Positions 29,353 through 38,400 of a DNA stretch of 64,000 nucleotides are shown piece by piece; the stretch's first letter is position 1, and each line of letters starts with the position of its first letter. The DNA is from Nitrospirota bacterium (lineage in GTDB: Bacteria > Nitrospirota > UBA9217): NCBI GenBank assembly GCA_963751455.1, contig CAVVUN010000012.1:512001-576000 (forward strand), in the 5' to 3' direction. Below the pieces are notes generated by a model, which was not told the DNA's origin, made no database searches, and saw only the letters and a list, made by a program, of their open reading frames with translations. Position numbers and translations under genes: made by a program.

Positions 29353-32300
29353 TCAGGCCGAGGGCTTTGGTTGCCGCTGTCGTCCGCTCCCAGCGCCGGC
29401 TCTTTTGCCTTTGCCGCCTTTCTTGGTCTCAACAGGCTTGGCGGTCTGCGACGGTTCCGCTACGCGCGCGGCTTCTTTCGTCTCGACAGGCTTCACAGCC
29501 TCCTGCGGTTCTTCGGCCGGCGCTGCTTCTTTGGCCGCGGCAGGTTTCTCAGTCTGAGCCGGCTCCGTCGCCTGCACCGCTTCTGTGGTCGCGGGCGGTT
29601 CCGGACGGTCGATGGCGAACAAGTATGAATCCAGCGAAGAGATAACGGCACTCTCCTCTTCCCGCTTGGCGTAACGCGCGGGTACGAACACGGCCAGCTT
29701 CTCCAGGCTCTTGTCGATCCACTCGTTGTAGATGCCGATGGTCATCAGTTCAAGATTCTTTTCGTGCATTTTGATGGCCTTATCCTCAAAGGGATAGGCC
29801 TGCTCTTCGATGGCTAACTCGTACTGCTCCATCTCCAGCGGCGCCAAACCCTTCGGACGTTCGGATTCCAGCAGAGCTTTGCTGAAGTGGGCATTGATCT
29901 CGGCCAGATAGAAAGTGGCCGCTGCCGTAACCTCGCCGACTTCATAGTCCAGAAGTTTGGAAAATTCCTGCGTGGCCGTCTTCATCAGCTGGCGCTTCTT
30001 GCGCAAATTGACATCAAAGGGTTTGACCAGCCTGACTTCGGCGAAACTGGTGAATTTCGGTTGAGTCAGCACCACAGCGGCCTTGCCGCCAAAATAGCGG
30101 GTCCGGTCGGTACGCTCGCGTCCCGCTGCGGCATCAAGTGCGACAACCTCCCGGAGTTCCTTCAAGTAACCTTTCTGGTCATCTTTCTCCTTCAGAATCT
30201 CGCCAATTTTGCTGCGGGTTTCGAGGTTGAGCTCCAGCGGCTGCGGGAAGTAATCCGCGTAGCGCCGATACACGACCAACGTGCGAGCCGGGTTCCCTGC
30301 TTTCTGATGCAAATCCGCCGCGATCAGCAGTGCCTCCCTCCTTGCCTCATTATCCCGGGACTCTCTTTCTATGCGTTCATATTCATCGGCTGCGAGGGAG
30401 AGCTGCCCATCCTCGCGGTAGATGTAGGCGATCTTCTTGGTCACCTCGGTCTGCAGTGCGTGTCCGGGGAACAGGTCCCGGAAGCCCTTCAGCACAGCCG
30501 CCGCCATCTTCCAGTCCTTAAGCTGCATCAGGGCGGCCGCCGCATCGTACTCCGCGGTCACCCTGATTTTGGAAGTCGGGGCCATACGCCCGACGCGGAG
30601 AAAATGCTGCGTGGCTGCCCGATAATCCGCGAGGGCATTCGCCTGTTCACCTTGCTTGTATATCGCTGACGCAAAATTATCGATCAGGGCATCGCGACTT
30701 TTGTCCCCGGCAGGGAGCAGCGCCAGCACATTCGCGTAAGCGGTTTCAGCTTCGCTGTAGCGCAGCAGCTCGTAGGTCGAGTGGCCAACCACCAGCCAGG
30801 CTGCGCGCTTGACATCCTTATCGGCGCCGGGGAAAACCTTGTTGAGTTTGTGCGCGGTAGCCAGCGCCTGCTCATAATCCCGCAAATCGTACAGATCATC
30901 CGCTGCCGCCCCCAGAACAATCGCCGCCTTCTCATGCTCAGGATAGATGTCCGCAAACTTCAGCGAGCTGCGTACGACCTCCCGTCTCACCTGATCTTTT
31001 GCCGCGGGCGCAGCGCCCACGAGGTGTTGGCGATAGGCGTAAATTGCCGCGTAGCCGGCCTGCGGGGACTTTTCGTGGCGCGGGTATTCATAGGCGATTT
31101 TCTCGTATTCCATTGCCGCAAGATCGAACGAGCGGTTTTCCAGAAACAGATCCGCCAACAGATAATGAATAGCCGGCGACTCCGGGTCCATCGGGAAAGA
31201 AGTGAGGAACTCGCGATACCAATGCAGCGCTTCATCGAAGTTTGTCTTTTTTTCCTTGATCTGCTGCGGGCTCTGGTAAAGCGCGTGATAATGCTTTGCC
31301 AGATCAGTGAGGTTCGTTTTGAGCCAGGCCAGCACTTCCGGACGGGCGCTCGGTTCGAAATGCTGCCAGTATTCGGCCTTGAGTCCGTACTTTTCGGCAA
31401 ATTGCTTTTTTGCGTCAATAACGAGGCTGGGGAACGCCCCGGCAAGATCGATTTCGATGACCCGCATGGCGAATTGAGGGGATACTTTGTGAAACAGATT
31501 GCGGCTGACAAAGGCGTTGTAGGCTGCCGCGGCGTCGCTATAGCGGCGTTTGTCGAAGTAAAATTCCCCGAGGTTGCTGTAGACGCTGTCCTCGTAACTG
31601 CGCTTGCCGTGGCGGTTGAAGTACTCGACCACGGAGTCGGCGCCGCCGAGGTTGGAAAAACTCAAACTGATGATCCGGAAGGTGTCATCAATTCGCTTGC
31701 GTTCCGGCTCATCCGCGGTCTGAGAAAAGTCGTAGCCCACCGACACCTTGTAATCCAGCAGAGCAATGAATCGATGCAGAGCCTCGTCATAAAGTTCCTG
31801 CTTGTAAAAGGTCCAGCCCAGCTTGTAGAGCGCGAGCTGAAAATAGGAAGAAGAGACGCCGATGGTCACGATGCTGGCGTAGGCCTCCTCGGCATCCAGG
31901 TAATGCCTGCGGGTGAAGAAATATTCAGCGCGCCGGAACTGCACTTCATCGATATAACGGGACCGTGGGTAGACGCGCACCAACCGGTTCATGACTTCCA
32001 TGGCCTCCTCGACCCGGCCCAGTTCCTCATAGGCGCGGGACATCTGATACAGCACCTGATCGTTTCGCTCGTACGTTGGATAATCGTTCAGCAGTTTCTT
32101 GTAGAGGTCAACGGCTTCAAGGGCGCCGACCCGCTCCAGGTCATGAGCACCTTCGGCAAGTCCGTCCGCAGCCGAGGCCGGCCCGGGCGCCCAGCCCTGA
32201 GCCGCCCTTTTCTCAAAATCGGCCTGCGATTCTCCCAGCACCGGGCCCTGCGCCGGTGCAGGAACAGAGGAGCGCGTGGGTTGCGCCGTAAGCTTCGGAG

Positions 32301-32745
32301 AGGGCAAGGCGGCGGCCCGCCGCTCTGCTGCGGTATCGCCGGAAAGAAGGCCATATTCCCTTTCGACCTTCAGATCTGCCAGGCGGCGAATAGCCTCCGG
32401 CGACAGGGCCGCGTCCGGCTTTTCTTCCAGAAACCGCCGGTAACCCTCCATGGCTTTTTCGAGTCCGCCTTCGATCTTCTCGTCCTTGATTTCGATCTGC
32501 ATGTTACGCAACTTGGCAATCGTATCCTTGCCGCCGCCCGTTTGACAGGCGCTCAGGAGCAGCGGCAGCGCGAGCACGATGATTTGGTAAAAAGTCGAAA
32601 ATCGCCGATGGACCGTCATTCCGGCTTGTCCGGAATCGTTTCTAATTAGCGCGTTATACGGCAATTCGATTCCCGACAAGCGGGAATGACGACTTTTTAC
32701 GAGTTTATCAAGTACGCTCCATCGAAGCCGATTGGTTGTCTTCAT
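29353..32745 (-). CDS. Large TPR lipoprotein (GltD/AgmU-like)
   Basis: 1130 aa; lipobox LSAC; many TPRs (EVQFRRAEYFF, ALYKLGWTFYKQ); EEQAYPFEDKAIKMHEKN; low-complexity P/A/E/K tail. Confidence 0.8.
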   Translation of the reverse strand: MKTTNRLRWSVLDKLVKSRHSRLSGIELPYNALIRNDSGQAGMTVHRRFSTFYQIIVLALPLLLSACQTGGGKDTIAKLRNMQIEIKDEKIEGGLEKAMEGYRRFLEEKPDAALSPEAIRRLADLKVEREYGLLSGDTAAERRAAALPSPKLTAQPTRSSVPAPAQGPVLGESQADFEKRAAQGWAPGPASAADGLAEGAHDLERVGALEAVDLYKKLLNDYPTYERNDQVLYQMSRAYEELGRVEEAMEVMNRLVRVYPRSRYIDEVQFRRAEYFFTRRHYLDAEEAYASIVTIGVSSSYFQLALYKLGWTFYKQELYDEALHRFIALLDYKVSVGYDFSQTADEPERKRIDDTFRIISLSFSNLGGADSVVEYFNRHGKRSYEDSVYSNLGEFYFDKRRYSDAAAAYNAFVSRNLFHKVSPQFAMRVIEIDLAGAFPSLVIDAKKQFAEKYGLKAEYWQHFEPSARPEVLAWLKTNLTDLAKHYHALYQSPQQIKEKKTNFDEALHWYREFLTSFPMDPESPAIHYLLADLFLENRSFDLAAMEYEKIAYEYPRHEKSPQAGYAAIYAYRQHLVGAAPAAKDQVRREVVRSSLKFADIYPEHEKAAIVLGAAADDLYDLRDYEQALATAHKLNKVFPGADKDVKRAAWLVVGHSTYELLRYSEAETAYANVLALLPAGDKSRDALIDNFASAIYKQGEQANALADYRAATQHFLRVGRMAPTSKIRVTAEYDAAAALMQLKDWKMAAAVLKGFRDLFPGHALQTEVTKKIAYIYREDGQLSLAADEYERIERESRDNEARREALLIAADLHQKAGNPARTLVVYRRYADYFPQPLELNLETRSKIGEILKEKDDQKGYLKELREVVALDAAAGRERTDRTRYFGGKAAVVLTQPKFTSFAEVRLVKPFDVNLRKKRQLMKTATQEFSKLLDYEVGEVTAAATFYLAEINAHFSKALLESERPKGLAPLEMEQYELAIEEQAYPFEDKAIKMHEKNLELMTIGIYNEWIDKSLEKLAVFVPARYAKREEESAVISSLDSYLFAIDRPEPPATTEAVQATEPAQTEKPAAAKEAAPAEEPQEAVKPVETKEAARVAEPSQTAKPVETKKGGKGKRAGAGSGRQRQPKPSA
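32578..32709. mobile_element. 132-bp MITE inserted in frame in the signal peptide of the GltD-like gene
   Basis: TIR GATGATTTGGTAAAAAGTC / GACTTTTTACGAGTTTATC around a GTCATTCCGGCTTGTCCGGAATC...GATTCCCGACAAGCGGGAATGAC doublet; same termini as 57313-57445. Confidence 0.8.
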
Positions 32746-34631
32746 TGCCCGGTCTCCTTGCGGAGTTGGGCCTTGCTGGCCCGATCATAGCTGTCCGCCA
32801 GGGCGAAGCGCGCCTTGACCTGGAATTCATCAAGACGGTCACGACGTTTGGTGAGTTCATTCACTGCCATCATCTCGAGCATCTGCCCCTGGCGCGCCAT
32901 CAGTTCCCGCACTTTTTCCCGGGCGGCCGTGATCCGGGCCCGCTGGCTGCGGATTACATCGCGGTAGCCCTGGTAGCTTTGCGTGGCAGCCTGGCGTGTA
33001 CGCACAAAGGAAGTGTACTGCTTCCGCAGCAAGTCGATGACTTGATTCAGCTCTCGAAGGTTTTTGTGCGCCACCGTAAGGCGCTGGTCATATTCCGTAT
33101 GAATGTTCCAGTCCAGCACTCCGCGCAGCCGCCTGATCCGGTCGCTATTCCCGGGCGCGATTACGGCACCGCCGGCCGTCAGCGTCTGCTCCAGATGTGC
33201 CAGCTGTTCGCCGATGACACGCTCTTCAGCTGTGGCAAGATAATCGGGGCGAGGCGCTACCAGCATGGTCTGGAGCCGTTGTTCGATCCGGTCACGCTGC
33301 TCCAGCCGCAACCGCATCTGCGAGTCGAGCCGTCTGAATTCCCGGTCGATCGCAGGCAACAGCGGCTTGTAATACGCCTCACGCTGCTCGATGATATCCT
33401 CAAAGGCGACCAGGTCCCCCGGCCAGACCTCCAGTTTTTTGCGCAACTGCTCAAGATCGAGATAATTTTTCAGTGATTCCTGGAAATCATGGGAGGCCAT
33501 CAAATCGAGCAGGTAGAATGTCTCGGGCGTTTCCGGCAGCTCGCGCAGCTTGACAACCCAGTTGGCGTCCTGTTCCAGCTCTTCCCGCACCAGGGCCTTG
33601 AGAAATTTGCCTTCGCGGATGCTGGTGATAGAGGCGCTGAGCTTGTCAATCTCCTTGCCGAACGCCTCCAGGGCCTTACCATACTTCAGCGCCGCCTGGC
33701 TGTACACGCCGAGCTTCGCATACGCATAGGGTACGGCAAGCATGGCTTCCTGCACCGCCGAATCCGTGACCTCGCGTTCAGCCAGGAGGGTCCACGGCGC
33801 CAGGGCATTTTCGAACCGTTCCCGGAAGGCGTCGGCCCAACCCGAACCAAGCAGCGCGCGGTTGGAAAACGGCCCGCTCAGGCGCACCCTGTCGAGCACC
33901 TCCTTGGCGCCCTCGAAATTATTTTCATTCAGCAGCTTTTCGCCGAGCACAAGGTTCGCTTTGTCCTTGATCGCCAGCGTGGCCGGATTATCGCTCTCAA
34001 TCCGGCCGGTAAGGTCGAGATAGTGACGCCCTTCCCGGGCGTTCCCGCTCTTGAGCAGCACGATCCCGAGGTTATACGTGGTAAAACCTTCAAGGCTCCC
34101 GGCGCCCTGGAGATCTTTCAGTATACGGGTCGCATCATCGAAGCGGCCGTTGGCCATAAGGACGTGCGCCTGCAGAAACGCCAGATCATCGCGAATTTCT
34201 CCGGGAACAGCGCCCTTGATGCGGTCCAGGGCATGAATAGCGTTCTCCGGCTGGTCTTTCTGGAAGTATATCCGGGCGAGGCGGAAAATGGCCTCGTTGC
34301 GCACGATCTCCTCGACATTGCCCTCGATCACGGCCTTGATCGCGCGCCCGGCGCGCTGGTGCATGCGGTAGAAAAGCTCGAAATCGCCCACGTTAAACTC
34401 GGCCTGATCAACATGGTAGTAAAGGGAATTGAGTGCAGGCTCATCCAGCCCGCGATACTGCCCAAGCTCACTGTCGAGCCGGGCAATGGCCTCGAACCAG
34501 TCATCTTGATAGGCGTAATACAGTGCCTCGCCGAAATAAAGGTCCTTCAAGTCTTTTGGCGCGGCTGTGCTCGTGGCCAGTGCAGGCGCTGCGAACAACA
34601 GGGAAGCCAGCAAGATAAGGAATCTGGACAT
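32742..34631 (-). CDS. Exported TPR/coiled-coil protein (GltC-like position)
   Basis: 629 aa; signal peptide; DLYFGEALYYAYQDDWFEAI; LLGSGWA; QEAMLAVPYAY; ARFALADSYD. Confidence 0.75.
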   Translation of the reverse strand: MSRFLILLASLLFAAPALATSTAAPKDLKDLYFGEALYYAYQDDWFEAIARLDSELGQYRGLDEPALNSLYYHVDQAEFNVGDFELFYRMHQRAGRAIKAVIEGNVEEIVRNEAIFRLARIYFQKDQPENAIHALDRIKGAVPGEIRDDLAFLQAHVLMANGRFDDATRILKDLQGAGSLEGFTTYNLGIVLLKSGNAREGRHYLDLTGRIESDNPATLAIKDKANLVLGEKLLNENNFEGAKEVLDRVRLSGPFSNRALLGSGWADAFRERFENALAPWTLLAEREVTDSAVQEAMLAVPYAYAKLGVYSQAALKYGKALEAFGKEIDKLSASITSIREGKFLKALVREELEQDANWVVKLRELPETPETFYLLDLMASHDFQESLKNYLDLEQLRKKLEVWPGDLVAFEDIIEQREAYYKPLLPAIDREFRRLDSQMRLRLEQRDRIEQRLQTMLVAPRPDYLATAEERVIGEQLAHLEQTLTAGGAVIAPGNSDRIRRLRGVLDWNIHTEYDQRLTVAHKNLRELNQVIDLLRKQYTSFVRTRQAATQSYQGYRDVIRSQRARITAAREKVRELMARQGQMLEMMAVNELTKRRDRLDEFQVKARFALADSYDRASKAQLRKETGQ

Positions 34632-34634
34632 ACG

Positions 34635-35159
34635 CTACCAATCCTTAAGCGTGATAGTTTGAGCGTCGGAACCGGCAAGATGAATTTCTACCATCTTGGG
34701 TCCGACGTCCTTGCTGAACTTGAAGCTTTCCGTCCCGCGGAGCTCGGATCCGCCCCCGGTTTTGCCGTTCAGGAGCACCTGCAGGTCGTGCTCGCCGGAT
34801 TTGATATTGCCGGTATAGATGCGCTGCACTCCGCCCTTCAGAAGCGCTTCGAGTTCCTTGAAGGTATAGAGGTGATGAGTGACGGGCTTGCCGTCCAACT
34901 GAACCTCCATCGAATCGAGGCGAAATTTCGCCCCGTTATCCATTGACACAAAGACGGCAACCTGGGTATTGGACGGATACAGCAGCTTCTCTTCGAGCAA
35001 GCTCAGCTCCGCCGCGATACCGAGAACATCGGTCTTGATTTCCTGAACCTGTTCATCCAGACCCTTGATCTGTTCCTTGGAGACTTTTTCCGCATAGGCG
35101 GGAACGGTCAGTATCACCATCGCAATGGAGAGAATGATCCGTCTTGAAATGTGCAACAT
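34635..35159 (-). CDS. Exported coiled-coil + beta-sandwich protein typical of glt-like clusters
   Basis: Signal peptide; LEEKLLYPSNTQVAVFVS...HHLYTFKELEALLKGGVQRIYTGN; no HTH visible. Confidence 0.7.
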   Translation of the reverse strand: MLHISRRIILSIAMVILTVPAYAEKVSKEQIKGLDEQVQEIKTDVLGIAAELSLLEEKLLYPSNTQVAVFVSMDNGAKFRLDSMEVQLDGKPVTHHLYTFKELEALLKGGVQRIYTGNIKSGEHDLQVLLNGKTGGGSELRGTESFKFSKDVGPKMVEIHLAGSDAQTITLKDW

Positions 35160-35439
35160 GGCTGCCTCCTGAAAAATTCCGTTTTAACCGCAGAGACGCG
35201 GAGAGAAACGAAAATCAATTAGCCGCGAATAAACGCGAATGATCGCGAATGAGAAAAAATGTGAAATGTTTAGCCACGGATTGACACGGATTTACACGGA
35301 GAGAGGCTAAAGCATTTATCCCGAATGAATCTTTTTCAAAAAAGAGATTTCTTTTTTTATTTGCGTCAATTTGCGTAAATTCGCGGCAAAAGTTTTTGTT
35401 TTTATCCGTGGCCATCCGTGTTCTCCGTGGCAAAGATTT

Positions 35440-38400
35440 TTATATTTTCCCGATGATATTGATGAAGAGACCCTGGTGTTCGTAATCCATATCGGTCAGA
35501 TCATCAGAGAACTTGCTGAAGTTGTACCCGATTCCCAGCTTGACGTAATTGCCCAGATGCCGGTAAATACCAACCAGTACCCCATCGAGTCGATCGTGCG
35601 CGTCAGGCAGATCGAGCAGGCGGCCTTCGATCAGGGCGTCCCACGTATGCACAATATGCCAGTCAACGCGCAGGATATACAGCGATGCCCGGCTGTCAAA
35701 GTACTCGGGATCGGCCCGGTCCAGGCTAACCTGCGCCAGCCGATAGGCGTACTTGCCGCCCACGGTCCAGCGCGACGTCAGGTCGTACATGACATCAACC
35801 GCCGCAATGTGACTGCGCTGGATAATGCCCGCCGTGCTGGTGCCGCTGAGCTGCTCCGCTGCCGGCACATTGTAAAAATAGGTGTACTTGAGCAGCGCAT
35901 TCAAACGGTCATTGTTGACAGGACGGTAAGCATAGCCCATCACCGCCTCCGTATAGCTGCCGTCGTAGAACTGGCCCTGCGAACTCTCGCTCTGTGAATA
36001 GTTTAATTTGCCGTTGAGGCGCCAGTCCGGAGACAACTGATACCTGAGGCTGTTTTTCAGCAGCCAGGTGGTCCGTTTGATGGTGCTGGTATCCAGCTGC
36101 TCCGAATCATCCACCCGATATTCAAAGGCGCTGGTCATCTTCAGCTTCTTGAATCCATAACCAACGCTCGCTCCGGCCGCCGTTCTCCTGATCTCGGCCC
36201 CTGTCCGATTGTCCCGCAGAGTGCCGAAATCCAGTTTGGCTCCGAGATTAAGACGATCGGTGGGCGCCAGATCGACGCCGGTGGAATGCATGAGACCCGT
36301 GGGGACATCTCCATGGGTATAGCGCTCTTCCAGATAGACACTGGCGCTGTCCGAGTAGCGGGTGCGAAACCCTGACGCCATGTTCCCCTTTCTCGCTCGG
36401 AGGCCGTTGTCCGTGTGCTCGTTCTCCAGGCCATAATTGAGGTAGAGAGTAGTCCGGTCGGAATAAAGATATTCCGTGCCGAGCCGGCCGGCCATTCCAA
36501 GATCCCCTTCGGAGACCTCGCCGTCCAGCTTAAGGCGGTCGGTTACCCGATAACCGCCGCCAGCGCCGATCCGGTCGTTGTCCTCGCGATTGCCGCTCAT
36601 CTGTACCGACTCCTGCGCGAAACCGTAACCGCTCCATCGCGCCTTGGAATCATACAACGCCCTGGCCACCACATCGGTGCGGTGCCCCTCTTCCTGGGTC
36701 AACGGAACCACCGCTGAATTATCCGTGCGTTGGTCCCGGCGCAGGCCCGAACTCATTGTCCAGTGTGCGTTCATTTGATAATCGAAATTCAGTTCAGCGG
36801 CCTCTGTTTCAAGCCCCTGGTCCACAGTCCGTTTGTCGGCCTTGATGTGCATCCCCACACGCTCGGTGATGGGCAATTCCGTTGTGCCGCCAATTTGGGA
36901 CACGTCCCGATCGGCGGCCAGTCCCGGCGCCGCATAGCCCGCCTCGAGCTCCTGGTTGTATAAGGTGAACCGCCCCTTCCCTTTTTCGAAGAGGTCCTGG
37001 AAACCGACGCTGACATCGACGCGGTGGGCCATGGCATCAACATCGGATTGACTCAAAGAGTCGGTGGTGCTGAAATTGAAACCGCCGTCCAGTGAATTCG
37101 TGGTGAAGAGACTCGACCCCTTGCTGCGGCCGGCTTCGAGCTTGACCCAGGTATTGGAGGATTTGCGGATGGTCACATCCGCGCCATCCAGGTTGTTATC
37201 ATCTCCCTCTTCCTCGTTCCGGCTGGCGGTCACGCCGACCTTGACATTGTCGCCGAACCAGTAATGTCCCCGGCCGCCAAATGCCATCGCATCCAGGTGC
37301 TCAACCCCGGGCGTGAATTCGTAACGGACAACCAGAAAGACGGGGTTGCCGCCGGTCGAGTCACTCTGCACCAGCAGAGAGTCGTCCGCCGTCGAAGCCA
37401 GGGGTTGGGACAGCAGCAAGCGGCCCTGCAAATAGTCGAGCTCGTAATCCAGAGCCGGCAACAGGTTTTTAACAGCAAGCACCATGCCTGAATCCTTGTC
37501 GCGGACCTCGATGCGCACCCGTTCCGAACCGGTAAGAATGTCCTGCCGGCGCAGGAAGTAGAGTGACCCGCTCGTCCCGCGGAATTCATCACGCCCGGCC
37601 ATTGTGCCCGGTTCGGCGGCAAACCCGTCGAGCAGGAAGCGCTGCTCGCCGAAGCTGGCAGTGTCAAGGGTCTGATAATGCAAATTGGCCCCGTACAGCC
37701 CGCGGTCGACGTGCGCCAGGTCGTTACCGGTATAGCCGATCTTGAAATTGCCCCAGAGGCCGTAGTTTCGATCCTTGCTCAGCATGGCGTAGAATTTCCC
37801 CATGGTTGGTGCATCTTCTACAACGCTGCTGTCATCGCCATAGGTTGGCATGTGGTAATCCGGATCGATACGCCGGAACAGCGCATCAGGCGACTTGTCC
37901 AGGAAGTTGCTGAAGATCTCGTCCAGCGGCCCTTCGCGCGTATCGGCGCTGGCTGTCAGCCCCCAGCCGTTGCCGAACCGGCCTTTCGTATAGAAGGCAA
38001 ACCGTCCCTGGAGGTCAAAGTCATCGCTGTATTGCGGCTTGTCCGGGGCGAGCAGCTTGGCCGGGCCGTTGGTCTTGTTGCGCGACAGGGTCAGGTCGGC
38101 GATGCCCACCGTGAACCAGCCGTTCTTCTCCAGCGCCAGATCGCGCAGATAGAGTTCACCGTTGCCGGACTTGTCAAGCACGGCCACCTCAACGGTATGC
38201 AGACCCGCCGGCAGGATTTCTTCGGCTATGAAACGGCCCTTGTCATCCACCGGCACCGGGTATCCGGCCAGCCAGACGCCGTATCCGGCCGGGATCGCGC
38301 TGCCATGGGCCTGCACGACTCCGCCGCTCAGCGGGATGTTCCGGCTCGCGATACGGCTTTCACCATAGCCCACACGCAATTCCGTACGCGGGTCGGACTG

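Noticed and set aside
34635-35159. Transcriptional regulator call for the 174-aa protein
   Set aside because: It has a signal peptide and no helix-turn-helix; it fits an exported component of the glt-like cluster.
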